From Octopus bimaculoides (lineage: Eukaryota): a stretch of 64,000 nt of DNA. The stretch's first letter is position 1. The number at the start of each line of letters is the position of its first letter. The position numbers were made by a program, and so were the translations under genes. Below are positions 34,857 to 47,499 of the stretch, piece after piece. Location: assembly GCF_001194135.2 (NCBI RefSeq), contig NC_068993.1, forward strand, positions 56,135,029 through 56,199,028. The letters run 5' to 3'. The notes under the pieces are model-generated. The model saw only the letters and a list, made by a program, of their open reading frames with translations. It had not been told where the DNA came from and searched no databases.

Positions 34857-37800
34857 GTAAGTACAAAGAATTCTTTTATATTTAACCATTCCGTCAGCTC
34901 ACCTTCTTAATAATAATAATGATACTTTCTACTGAAGGCACAAGGCCTGAAATTTTGTGGGAGGGGACTAGTTGATTATATCACCCCCAGTGCTTGACTG
35001 GTACTTAATTTATAAACCCATAGTGGACAAGAGGCAAAGTCAACCTCGGCAGAATTTGAACTCAGAACATAAGGACGGGTGAAATGCTGCAAAGCATTTT
35101 ACCTGGCAGTCTAATGATTCTGCTGGCTCATTTTGTCAGACCTGCTAATGGTTCTGCAGCTTGCCACCTTAATTATAAATTCTTCATTAGCACAGGTCTA
35201 TAAATCTAATTATCGCTTACTGATCCTAAACAGAAAAAAAGAAAACTGATAGGAATTGAACTCAGAATGCAAGAAGTTGAAAGAATTTTTACCAAGTCTA
35301 GCATGCATGCATGGGTCGTTGCCAGTGCCGCCTGACTGGCTCCTGTGCCGGTAGCACGTAAAAACCACCATCCAAATGTGGCCGATGCTAGTGTCACCTG
35401 ACTGGCTCCCATGCCGGTGGCACATAAAAAGCATCCACTACACTCTCGAAGTGATTGGTATTAGGAAGGGCATCCAGCTGTAGAAACACCACCAGATCAT
35501 ATTGGAGCCTGGTGTGGCCTCCTGGCTTGCCAGTCTCCAGTCAAACCGTTCAACCCATGCCAGCATGGAAAACGTATGTTCAACGATGATGATGATGATA
35601 TAACAGTGTTATATATTATAATGTCTATTGTATTTCAGAACAGACCCTGAAATATACAGTAAAAAGCTCGAGGAATTAAAAGAGAGTTTAAAACCAAAAG
35701 CAGCCCCTGTTGTGAACCCTAAAACAAAAGAAAAGGTACAGAAGAAACCAACTGAGAAAAAAACAGTCCCTAAACTGGTAAGATTGTCTTATGGTAAACA
35801 GTGGGTGGTGGGTAGTGGTTGTGAGAGGTCACANNNNNNNNNNNNNNNNNNNNNNNNNNNNNNNNNNNNNNNNNNNNNNNNNNNNNNNNNNNNNNNNNNN
35901 NNNNNNNNNNNNNNNNNNNNNNNNNNNNNNNNNNNNNNNNNNNNNNNNNNNNNNNNNNNNNNNNNNNNNNNNNNNNNNNNNNNNNNNNNNNNNNNNNNNN
36001 NNNNNNNNNNNNNNNNNNNNNNNNNNNNNNNNNNNNNNNNNNNNNNNNNNNNNNNNNNNNNNNNNNNNNNNNNNNNNNNNNNNNNNNNNNNNNNNNNNNN
36101 NNNNNNNNNNNNNNNNNNNNNNNNNNNNNNNNNNNNNNNNNNNNNNNNNNNNNNNNNNNNNNNNNNNNNNNNNNNNNNNNNNNNNNNNNNNNNNNNNNNN
36201 NNNNNNNNNNNNNNNNNNNNNNNNNNNNNNNNNNNNNNNNNNNNNNNNNNNNNNNNNNNNNNNNNNNNNNNNNNNNNNNNNNNNNNNNNNNNNNNNNNNN
36301 NNNNNNNNNNNNNNNNNNNNNNNNNNNNNNNNNNNNNNNNNNNNNNNNNNNNNNNNNNNNNNNNNNNNNNNNNNNNNNNNNNNNNNNNNNNNNNNNNNNN
36401 NNNNNNNNNNNNNNNNNNNNNNNNNNNNNNNNNNNNNNNNNNNNNNNNNNNNNNNNNNNNNNNNNNNNNNNNNNNNNNNNNNNNNNNNNNNNNNNNNNNN
36501 NNNNNNNNNNNNNNNNNNNNNNNNNNNNNNNNNNNNNNNNNNNNNNNNNNNNNNNNNNNNNNNNNNNNNNNNNNNNNNNNNNNNNNNNNNNNNNNNNNNN
36601 NNNNNNNNNNNNNNNNNNNNNNNNNNNNNNTATATATTCTCCCTTCATATTTCAATGAGGTCTTAAGCCAACAGGTGACAATCCTGGAGGAAAAACTAAA
36701 CACTTTGAAAGAAAATGACAGTCATCATCATCATCATCATCGTTATTTAACGTCTGCTTTCCATGCTGGTATGAGTTGGACGGTTTCACTGAGAACTGCT
36801 AAGCTGGGAGGCTGCACCAGGCCCCAGTCTGACTTGGCAAGATTTCTACAGCTGGATGCCCTTCCTAATGCCAGCCACTCTGAGAGTGTGGTGGGTGCTT
36901 TTTACGTTCCACTGGCATAGGTACCAGTCAGGCATCACTGGCATCAGCCACGCTCAAATGCAGGCATCACTGGCATCAGCCACGCTCAAATGGTCCTTTT
37001 TACTTGCTACCTGCACAGGTGCCAATCAGACAGTACTGGCATCAGCCACGCTCAAATGGTGCTTTTTATCTGCCAGTCAGGTGGCAATAGCAGATCACAT
37101 TTGCTACAGACTGTGTGGAATATGAATAAAGCCGACCTGGGTGAAAATTATAGTTTATAAGGTATTAGACCCTGGTATTCTGTGTAGAAGATTTATATTC
37201 TAAAAATTATGTTAAATGCGTCGTCTGAGATAGAATAATACTGAAATTGTGAAGGGAAATAATTCATGCAGTTTCATGTTATATAGAGTAACCTCTCTTA
37301 GATTAGCTGTTTGTATTTTGTTTTAAAATTCAAATTTCGTGAAAGATTCATCTGGCATCACAAATGATGTGTGACGCAGATATACACATACAAAGATAAC
37401 CAGAGACATCTCTGCAGATAGATATCTTGAGCAGCACGCCTAGCTGTAGACAGCATTGCACATATCCTTAAATAGGTACCATAAGGTTGACTGTTGGACT
37501 TACTACATCGAGTAATAAACAGGCACATTGCTAAATATAACTGGCTGTTGTACCCAGTACACTTGGCTGTAAATAGGTACCATGAAGTCGATACAGTTGA
37601 CTGCTGTACATAGTGCAGATCATGGTATATGAACATCTCTCTGCTGTAAGCAGTAGTAGCACAGTGAAATTGATCAGTGTTTTATTAACATGTACTGCTG
37701 GATACAGCTCCCCACCCTCCTCTCATTACACAATGTTTAAATGTATTTCAGTTCTTCTTAGTTATTCTGTGTTGTGCACACAAGCGCACACTTACATGTA

Positions 37801-40800
37801 TGTTGTTGTCATTGCAGGTGTTAAATGATATTGTAAAATTAGAGCTATTGAGACAAGAAACACCTGAAAATATTGAAAAGGTAAGACATCTTTGATTTCA
37901 AGTTCTAATCTCTGAATACTTTTTGCTTGAATCCCAGTTATCTGTGGGACTGCTGTAAATAGATGACTCATCTATGTACTTTGATCTTAATATGGGGCCA
38001 CTCAACCACGGAGGTCCCCTGCAACTGCAGGGGTTGCAGGGGCTTAGCGACGACCCTGCACCCAATAGGGTCCCAGCTATGGGCTAAGCAGCATGTCAAA
38101 AAAGGGTTACAAACCCCTGGTCTAGTGTAATAAGTGCCGCAAACCCAGAAATTATCAGGATGCAGAATTTGAATGGAGTTATTTTCTCTTAGATGTGCAG
38201 CTAAAGAGCTGAAGGGCCTTGTTTGCCCTAGGTCTATTGGGGAGTGGTGTGAGAGCCCTTCTTCCAGAGGCAAGTCTGACATGCTACTTAGCCCATAGCT
38301 GGGACCCTGATGGGAAACTATAGTTAGTAAGAAGTGGTTCTACACTCCTCAAAAACCTGGAACTCCCAAATCAGATCCCCCACTGCCAAATGCAGTTTAA
38401 GGTCATAGCCAGCCACCTTGTGGCATGCGACTTAAACTGCCTCACTGTGGTATGTACTCACAGCTAGTTGGACTATGACTCACCATGGTACCTAGCTCTG
38501 CCTCAATGTCATTTTTACGTCAAGCTAGATTATGTCTCACAGTGGTACCTACTTAAGTCATGTTTCTTTTTTATAAGCTCTGTTACTTACCTACATCCAA
38601 GTGGACTGATCCATTCATCCCTTGGTACCTCATCACCCACCTCCATCCCAACAGCCATTTCTTTGTTAATATCACAGTAAAAAAAATGGGAGATATTAAA
38701 AACCACAAGAAATATATTCTATTTTGTTAATAAACGTTTACCATTTCTATAGATTTGGATGCAGTTCCACAGTGTCAAAGACTGCGTGTATGGTGTCATA
38801 AAGGTAAGATCAAATCTTTTTACATTCTATGTTCAATTCCCATCTGTGAGTAGATTTGGTAGGCGGACACTCAAGTAGAAGCCTGTTGTGTGTGTGTGTC
38901 TTCTTGTTTAGACATCATGTGAGTTTCACCACCTTCACCAAACAATCTCCTTCATTTCCTATCTTCCCTGAAAGCATGTCCAGCCAGGGAAGAATATTAC
39001 GATACCATAGTGAAGGTTGGCATCAGGAAGGGCATCCAGCCATTGAAAATCTGTCGTTATGAATTTAGCTTGACCTGTACAAGCATAGAAAAGTGTAGGT
39101 TAAAGCACACACACACAACATTAGCTGTACAAGAGAATGTGTTGAATTTAACACTTTTACTATGGTATTTAGGAATTAGAAAGAACTGTGACATTGCTCT
39201 GCTTTTCTTCATCTGTAATATAATAACATCTTTCTGCTTTACTGACTGCTGATGTTTTGTACATTTGTTTAAATTCACAGGAAATGGATTATGATGAAGT
39301 TATGAGCAAGGCTAAACTGTGTCCTTCGGTAAGTCACACTTCACTCTATCTTGCTATTAATAATCAACGTGGTAAACCATGCTCCTAGAATGCTTGTTAA
39401 AACGGCAGCAGACAAATCTGGCAGGCAACAGTAAAACAACTCATCATCATCATTTAACGTCCGCTTTCCATGCTAGCATGGGTTGGACAATTTGACTGAG
39501 GACTGGTGAACCAGATGGCTACACCAAGCTCCAATCTGATGTGGCAGAGTTTCTACAGCTGGATGCCCTTCCTAATGCCAACCACTCCGAGAGTGTAGTG
39601 GGTGCTTTTACATGCCACCGGCACAAAGGCCAGTCAGGCGGTACTGGCAACGGCCATGCTCAAAATGGTGTATTTTGCGTGCCACCTGCACAGGAGCCAG
39701 TCCAGCAGCACTGGCAGCGATCTCGCTCGAATGTGTAAGGCTTACAAAGAATAAGTCCTGGGGTCGATTTGCTTGACTAAATGCAGTGCTCCAGCATGGC
39801 CACAGTCAAATGACTGAAACAAGTAAAAGAGTATTGCCATTTCCTTTCTTCTTCTTACAGTTTGTATATCCACTGCCACGTCAGGATGGCTACGAGTTCT
39901 TCTACCAACAATTTTCTGGAAGTGAAGTATATTTCACACCTGTGGCCCTCTTTCAGGTAAGATATGTAGACTCTCTGGGATTGTAAGTACACTGTATACA
40001 AATATACTACTTTATAACTGATACCCCACTTTATACCAGTACCACTCTACAAATGTACCTTATCACTATATGTTGCTAGGCACGAGCATGGCTGTGTGGT
40101 AAGAAGTTTGGTTTTGAGTTCTGTCCCACTGCCTGGCACCTTAGGCAAGTGCTTCTACTATAGCTCAGAATCAACCAAAGCTTTGTGAGTGAGTTTGGTA
40201 GATGGAAACTGATAGAAGCCTGTTATGTATTGACCACAATATCTTGTAGATCAAAAGACAAATGTAGGTGTTTACTCTTCGGCTCAGGGTGGAGTGGTAT
40301 AATGGTGTTCTGTGGTATAGAGCAGTGGTAGTGTATGCTAGTGAGTGAAAACATGGATGGTGCACAAATCATTAATTCATAGATGCAGGAACTATTGTGA
40401 TAATGATAGAGGTGGTGGTGAGGAGGAGGAGATAGTCTGCTGTTGTACCAGTAGTTGTAGTGTATTGGTGAGAGCATCTTACCAATCAACTGTATTTGCC
40501 TTGTTTTAAAGGTGATCCAAGAATGTTTGCATGTCTATAGCTGTAGCCCTGTACCAGTTATGTGGCTTCTACCGTAATGTAAGGAATACACTTGTCTTAT
40601 ATAGGATCATAAACTGTTCTCTCCTTCATCACATTATTAAAGAACCATCATGACTGTTTCTCTCCTTTCTTTCCTTCGCCAGAAACACAAAGAGAATGCT
40701 CCCCCCTGCGTCACAATGCAGCATTTTACTGAGCTGAAAAAGGAGAAAGGTAAATATCGTTTTGCTGTTTGTTGTCTAACCCCAACTGGGTCATGATTAA

Positions 40801-41393
40801 GCACATGTCCCCATGTGTCTCTCAAAAAAAAACTATACTCGTCATTTAACATCCATTTTCCATGCTGGCAGGAGTTGAATGGCTTGACAGGGGTCGCACA
40901 AGCTTACATAATCTGTTTTGGATTGGTTTCTACAATTGGATGCCCTTCCTAATGCCAACCACTTTACAGAGTGTACTGCGTGCTTTTTACATGGCACCAT
41001 ATTTTTTTAAATGTTTAAAGACACAAAATTTCTGCTTCGTGAAAACGATCCCTTTTGCATATAAGTGCTTCAACGAATTCTCCGCAATCGTAGAAAAGTC
41101 GATGTTAAAACAATGATGAGATTAATGATTGTTTCTCTTCTGAAATAAATCTACCTGAGATTGCACCCGATTCTAAGACACAAACATCCTGTTTTAAAGT
41201 AATATCAATTAAAATCTTCCATCAAAACTTCATGTTAATTTGTTCCAAACACTAGCTTGATAATGACCAAAATATTTAACTAAATTGTTTCCTTTATTTT
41301 CATAATTAATTGGTTAATGAAACAAAAGCTGTATATTCCAACAGAAATATGCTAATGCTTACAAAAAAAGTTAAGGCATCCTGCATATATGTG

Positions 41394-41440
<47 letters not shown>

Positions 41441-43050
41441 GTGTGTGTATGTGTTGATCATCATCATAGTTTAACGTCTGCATTCCATGCTGGCATGGGT
41501 TGGACAGTTTGACTGAGGACTGGAGAGCCAGCGGCTGCACCAGGCTCCAATCTGATCTGGCAGAGTTTCTACAGCTGGATGCCCTTCCTAACGCCAACAA
41601 CTCTGAGAGTGTAGTGGGTGCTTTTTACGTGTCACCAGTACTGGGGCCAGTCAGGAGGTACTGGCATCGGCCACGTTTAGATGGTACTTTTTACATGCCA
41701 CTGGCATGGGAGCCAGTCAGGGGGCACTGGCCACAGCTACAATATTGGTTTTACTTGACTCAACAGGTCTTCTCAAGCATATCATATCACGCAACACATC
41801 AAGAGTACTCTTAACTGGGTCAGACATATATATGATGGTGATGATTATATCTATGAGAGAGAGAACACAATATATTCATGTTTATATTTTATTTTTTTAC
41901 CAGGTTTGGTGCTAATGTCTGGAGATTATGATACTAAAATATTGGTAAGTTGATTAAAATGTTCTAAATACCTACAATATTTCTCCTACCATCTGTGAAG
42001 AAAATTCCTTCCAGCTGAATTGACCACAATACTGCTTAGTCCAGCGTCAGTATCACTGCTCTCCTTGAGTTACTAGTTGACAGTTCTTGTTACTGTGGTG
42101 ACCAATGATAGTGACACTATTTTTACCTTGGCAGTTGACCATTACTATGGCAATTAGCGTAGGTGACACTGTCTTTGCTTTCACAGTTGACAGTTATGTC
42201 ACTACAGCAATTACAGTTGGTGACACTAATGCAGTTTGACATGCTTGAGCCAATAATAGAGTAACTCACTTGTCCTTGTCCAACGGACCATCTTCTTTTC
42301 CTTTCTTTCTCCCTCTCATCTCATCTCCATTCTAATAATATTGACCACTGTTTCTTGGACAAAGTGGGGTATGAACTCACAATGAGGATGGTTCCTATAA
42401 CATGGCTATGTGGTGAGATATTTGCTTCCCAACCACATGGTTCCAGATTCAGTCCCACTGCATGGTACCTTGGGCAAATGTCTCCTACTATAGTATCAAG
42501 CTGACCAAAGTCTTGTGAGTGGATTTGGTAGACAGAACTGAAAGAAGCCTGTCATATATATACATACATATATATATGTGTGTGTGTGTGTGTGTATACC
42601 TTTGTTTGCCCCCCCCCCCACCTCCACCACTTGACAACCAGTGTTGGTGTGTTTACATCCCCTTAATTTAACAGTTCGGCAAAAGAGACTGACAGAATAA
42701 GTACCAGGCATTAAAAGAAAAAGTACTGGGGTTGATTCGTTTGACTAAAGGCAGTGCTCCAGCTAGGCTGTAGTCAGATGACTCGAAAGTTTCGGCCAGT
42801 TAAGCCATCCTCACATTGTCCAAACAAATTCTTTATTTCAACATCTTTTCACTCTCTGTTGCAGGACAAAACAAATGCCCTGAACCTGGCTCGACAACTC
42901 ACCCTGTTCTATGGTCGAAATGCTGCCGAAAGGTTCACGCTGGTGAGGATCTTCAACTACATGCCACAGAAGTTTAATTACAATGACTTAATTACAGAAT
43001 ACAAAGGATGTAAAAAGTTTCTAGAATCATCCATTATAGAGTGCAGCTGA
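34630..43050 (+). CDS. ATPAF1: ATP synthase mitochondrial F1 complex assembly factor 1 (ATP11 family); gene span, 9 exons, about 305 aa
   Basis: The exons join in frame (918 nt). N-terminal presequence-like segment, then NPYYEKY, IWMQFH, FVYPLPRQDGYEFF, HFTELKKEKGLVLM, QLTLFYG and FNYMPQKFNY, all matching ATP11-family motifs. Confidence 0.93.
35320..35598 (+). mobile_element. (GAT)n-tailed retroposon (family D)
   Basis: GGCGTTAGGAAGGGCATCCAGCTGTAG-like core and CCATGCCAGCATGGAAA..GATGATGAT tail. Reverse copies at 36723, 39445, 40850, 41460, 49925 and 56020; forward copy at 63500-63720. Confidence 0.75.
35639..35777 (+). CDS. ATPAF1: ATPAF1 exon (TDPEIYSKKL...KTVPKL)
   Basis: Acceptor tatttcAG. 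Donor CTG|GTAAGA. An in-frame alternative donor exists after 35735. Confidence 0.75.
36723..37080 (-). mobile_element. Family D retroposon, reverse
   Basis: Reverse complement of the 35320-35598 core and tail, with internal tandem units. Confidence 0.75.
37818..37880 (+). CDS. ATPAF1: ATPAF1 exon (VLNDIVKLELLRQETPENIEK)
   Basis: 63 nt, ttgcAG/GTAAGA, phase 0-0. Confidence 0.9.
38061..38314. repeat. Inverted repeat (38-bp arms) in an ATPAF1 intron
   Basis: 38061-38098 versus the reverse complement of 38277-38314, with three mismatches by eye. Confidence 0.85.
38753..38803 (+). CDS. ATPAF1: ATPAF1 exon (IWMQFHSVKDCVYGVIK)
   Basis: 51 nt, ctatAG/GTAAGA. Confidence 0.9.
39281..39328 (+). CDS. 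ATPAF1: ATPAF1 exon (EMDYDEVMSKAKLCPS)
   Basis: 48 nt, tcacAG/GTAAGT. Confidence 0.9.
39861..39956 (+). CDS. ATPAF1: ATPAF1 exon (FVYPLPRQDGYEFF...VALFQ)
   Basis: 96 nt, ttacAG/GTAAGA. Confidence 0.93.
40683..40749 (+). CDS. ATPAF1: ATPAF1 exon (KHKENAPPCVTMQHFTELKKEK)
   Basis: 67 nt, long pyrimidine tract, G|GTAAAT, phase 1. Confidence 0.9.
41904..41944 (+). CDS. ATPAF1: ATPAF1 exon (GLVLMSGDYDTKIL)
   Basis: 41 nt, ttaccAG/GTAAGT. Confidence 0.88.
42403..42790 (+). mobile_element. Composite family E SINE in the last ATPAF1 intron
   Basis: Collinear with 21765-22175 (reverse). Confidence 0.8.
42865..43050 (+). CDS. ATPAF1: ATPAF1 last coding exon (DKTNALNL...IIECS*)
   Basis: Acceptor gttgcAG. 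TGA at 43048-43050. Confidence 0.92.
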   Translation, partial: DKTNALNLARQLTLFYGRNAAERFTLVRIFNYMPQKFNYNDLITEYKGCKKFLESSIIECS

Positions 43051-44522
43051 GATGAAGGGCAAGGTGCATATATATATATATATATATATAGATCATCATC
43101 GTTGGACGATATATATATGAACTGTAATGTCGGGTGGGATCTAAAAATTGCCAGCTTCTAGAAACATCTGAAAATCATTTCATTGTTATAAATTTTTAAA
43201 AATAAATTTTAAAAGAACAAATTAATAAAATGTTTCAAATTCTGTTTATTTACAATTTTATTTAGAAAAAAAAAACAAAATGGAAAGAAATTGTCTGGAA
43301 TATTATAAAATCTGGAAATTGTCATCATACCATAAGTTTTTCTGTACCATATAAATATGGGTGCTGCTTTGGCGTGCGATCAACTTAAAGGGCGACTAAT
43401 TTGGGTTACTTTTCAATTCTTAAAAACCCTTAAGATGTTCTTACATTTCTAGCAGATGTTCACTCAATTCATCGTTAATTATTCAAATTTTTTTAATCTG
43501 TACTTAGCATTGTAAGTGTATTTTTTCAAAAATTCTTACTATTTTAATAATAATAAAACCACGTTTCATTTGTGTCTTAGTAAATAAGAGACCTAAAATA
43601 AGCGTGTAGATTACACAAGTTTGGCATTTCCCTTTAAACTGTAGATCACACACCAAAGCAGCACTTAAATATGTTATCTTATGGCTTGTATGTTATGATT
43701 TGTTATCTTGTCCTGCTATATTGTATATGTTCTGTTATACTTGTCTCTATCATCTATGTTATTGTTCGTTATATCTCATCTCCCTGTTTGGATAAATATG
43801 TTATTTATTATGTCTATATCTTTGTGTATCTTACCAATATTTTATCTTATCGGTTATGAATACATATATCCTGTCTATGTTATCTTATAGCTTTGTAACT
43901 TGTAAAGAAACTATTCCAGTTTGCTGAGTAAACAACACTGGATCAGATGGGTATAAAGAAGGCTGTCACTTGGAAAGATAGCTTCCACATTGAGACACAG
44001 TAAGGGGGCGGAGCTTCCACATCATGACACAAAGGATGGTGAGCAAGAAGCAGGCAGCACGTGGTCCTGGTGACTCAAGTTGAACTGGCTGTCGCATTGA
44101 GACAAAATGGACTTCTATAGGCTGACAAGCTAAAAGAGGGATGGCATAAAGACTTCCGCATGATGTGTGACATAGTGTCAGATGTGCATGAGAGGGACTG
44201 CCACATAACTGACACAAGCTGAGGTGGGAAACCCATGGAATCATGTGAACGTGACATCAGTTAATGGAATTTCATGAATGCAAATATACAGAGATGTAAC
44301 ATGAGTAATATCTTATATTTAACAAAAAGTTAGTTGCTGCTTATGTCAGACATTTTCTAAATGAGAGGAATTTATTGAAAGAACATGTGACATTTTTGTT
44401 ACTTTAGTAGTTCTGTTGCCTGAGAAGGTGGTAAGTGTTTCCTATAACATAATGCATGTGTAATCAATAAAATGCTTTGCATGTATAAAACTGCTCTTGT
44501 TCATTCTTATTTTGTGTGTGTG

Positions 44523-44587
<65 letters not shown>

Positions 44588-44608
44588 TGCTCTTGTTCAT
44601 TCTTATTT

Positions 44609-44687
<79 letters not shown>

Positions 44688-45143
44688 TGCCACTATCAGC
44701 CCAGTGACAGATTAGAAAGCTTGTTTGAATGTGGATGAAGAAGTATGTTTCTTCTCTCTCTCTCTTGCTTGCTTTTTTCTATATATATATATATATGTAT
44801 ATATATAAATGCATACATAGCACATGACAACTGGTGTTGATTTGCTTACATCCTTGTAACTTAGCAGTTTGGCAAAAGACACCAACAGAATAAGTACCAG
44901 CTTTAAAAAATATCTACTGTGGTTGATTTGTTTGAATAAACACTTCAAGGCTGTGCCCCAGCATGGCCACATTCCAATGACTGAAGCAATAAGAAATAAT
45001 CCTACAATGAAGATTAGATTTATTTTCAAAATGTAAAATTAAAAAAAAAAAGATTAAAATGATTAAAAATTATAAAATAAAATAAAAAACTTTCTCTGAG
45101 AATGGCAGACAGAGACACACGCTTATAAATGGCTGCAATGTAC

Positions 45144-45149
45144 TTTATT
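45144..45149 (-). promoter_or_regulatory. Candidate polyadenylation signal (AATAAA) of SLC4A11-like
   Basis: TTTATT on the + strand, about 72 nt past the stop codon. Motif only. Confidence 0.35.
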
Positions 45150-45220
45150 CATGTGAATTTGGGCTCCTGGTCAGTTACTGAATGTTGTTCATCAAAGTGT
45201 GAAGTGAAAGCTATCATCCT

Positions 45221-45281
45221 TTAATTACCATCCATTGCTTTCAAAAAATTGTCGTTTATTATGTAAGGAATAATTTTATGT
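45221..45281 (-). CDS. SLC4A11: SLC4A11-like last exon ([20 protein letters not shown])
   Basis: 61 nt, tttatttcAG acceptor, TAA stop. Translated by hand. Confidence 0.85.
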
Positions 45282-47456
45282 CTGAAATAAAAAAGATAAT
45301 TACAGAGATGTACTTGCATAGCAAGTGACCTGATCTGAGATCGTGTGCTGAAACAAAAACAATTGCAGCGTGGAAGGTGTTTATAAGCCATTTAAAAACC
45401 CACAGAAACTGTTAGATTCACTTCAACATTTAAATTTAATTTGTCGAAATATTTTCATCACTTTCAAATCGCAACCTGTTCACTGACAAAATGATGCAGC
45501 ACAATTTTGTCAGCAAACAGGTCGCGGTCTCAAAGCAACGAAAATATTTTGACAAATTAAATTTAAATGTTGAAATGAAACGTTTTTTTGTATGTTTTTA
45601 GATGACTTATAAACACCTTCCACACTGCAAAAAAAGATAATGTAGCTATTAAAACAGTTGATATCTCGTGCTTACAATGAAATCTGTTCTAAGATATGGA
45701 GTCAAAATTTAGCACAGATTAACAACAGAGCAAAATCAAAGACCCAGTATTCAGCAATACAATAAGTGTTGAACAGACAATGGCTGTGAGATTAAGAAGC
45801 TCACTTCTCAACCACATGGTTCCAGGTTCAGTCCCACTGTGTGGCACCTTGGGCAAGTGTCTTCTACTATAGCCACAGGCTGACCAAAGCCTTGCAAGTG
45901 GATTTAGTAGATAGAAACTGAAAGAAGCCCATCGTATATATGTCTGTCCCCCACTGCTGCTTGACGACCAATGTTGGTTTGTTTACGTCCCCCGTAACTT
46001 AGTACCATGCTTAAAAAAATATAAGTACTGGGGTTGATTCATTTGGCTAAAACTTCAAGGCAATGCCCCAGCATGGCCACAGTCTAATGACTGAAACAAG
46101 TAAAAAGTAACTGTTTCAAATTTTGGCACAAGGCCGGCAATTTGGCAGTGAGGACGGTAATCAGTTAAAGGGACTCCAGTACTTGAGTGGTACTTTATTT
46201 TGTTCAACCTGAAAAGGACAAAAGGCAAAGCTGACCTTGGTAGAATTCGAACCTGGTATAGAGAGATCTGGAAGAAATGCTGCTAAGTATTTTGTATGAC
46301 ACACTAACTAATTGTAAAGTAGTAGTAGTAGTAGTATGGTGGTGGGGAGGGCCTGTGTTGTAACAGCACATTGGAACATCCATCTTATGTTAGCGGTTCC
46401 CTACTCCTGGCAGATGGACACCTTTGCACCTCTCAGGCGACAACCCATGGGTCTATTTGGGGGCTCGTTTGTTGTAGGGAGTTTTACAAGGTCAGAGTAC
46501 AAATTCTCCCTCAATCCCTTTTAGTCTCCTTTTATGACATGCAGAGGGTCAGGGTCTGCTCTTCGACATGCTGGTCCCCACCACACAGCACAAAATGTAA
46601 AATAATCTTTTCTACTCTAGGCACAAGACCTGAAATTTTGGGGGAGGGGGCCAGTTGATTAGATCAACCCCAGTACGCAACTGGTACTTAATTTATTGAC
46701 CTCAAAAGGATGAAAGGTGAAGTCAACCTCGGTGGAATTACAAAATGTAAAATAATGTAATAAATCTGAAATCTTTAAAATTCGCTGTTGCGTTTGCGAA
46801 AATAATCCTTAACTTACCTGACAGGTATGAGTCCAAATATTAAAACCGGGAAAAACATCTTTAAATAAGGATATGGTACAAAACCAAATACACAGAGAAT
46901 GACTAATTGGAGCACTTGCAGCCCTGTGAATAAATGCATCTTCCTTTGCGGAACTTGTCGAATGTAATGGTTTGGTGGATAGGCAGACTGAAAGGAAAAC
47001 ATAAAAAACATGGTCAATCAATAAGTCTCGAGTTCTCTGTGACATAAGATGCAAGTCCCTCTGGACATTACTGTCTCCATACATACACTACGGGCTCCAG
47101 AACTGAAAAGTTGTCTTACCTGTTCAGTAAATAGAAGACAGAATCGCTCGAACAGTTGGTTATCATAGAGGGACGTCACAGCTACAAAGAGGAAGAGTCC
47201 ATAAAGCACGGGGTTGGGTATGTAAGCCAGGTAATTCAGTATCAGTAGAGAGAGTCCAATTAGGATGTGAGAAAATATAGCTGTCAACCGGGTTTCACGT
47301 ACATTCACAATCCTGAGGGAGACAAATAGACAAGCATTCAATATTTTGGACTTACAGACAACAAAGAGAGTAACACAAAAGGCATTTAACTTGATTTGTT
47401 TGACTAAACCCTTCAAAGCTGTGCTCCAACATGGCTCCAGACAAATGACTGAAACA

Positions 47457-47499
<43 letters not shown>

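Noticed and set aside
36645-36720. caacAG|VTILEEKLNTLKEND as a missing ATPAF1 exon
   Set aside because: There is no donor; the frame runs into a retroposon tail.
1421-36920. Long ORF-track entries made of X (e.g. 15653-16822, 29513-30577, 35628-36920)
   Set aside because: They are open only because they run through N gaps.
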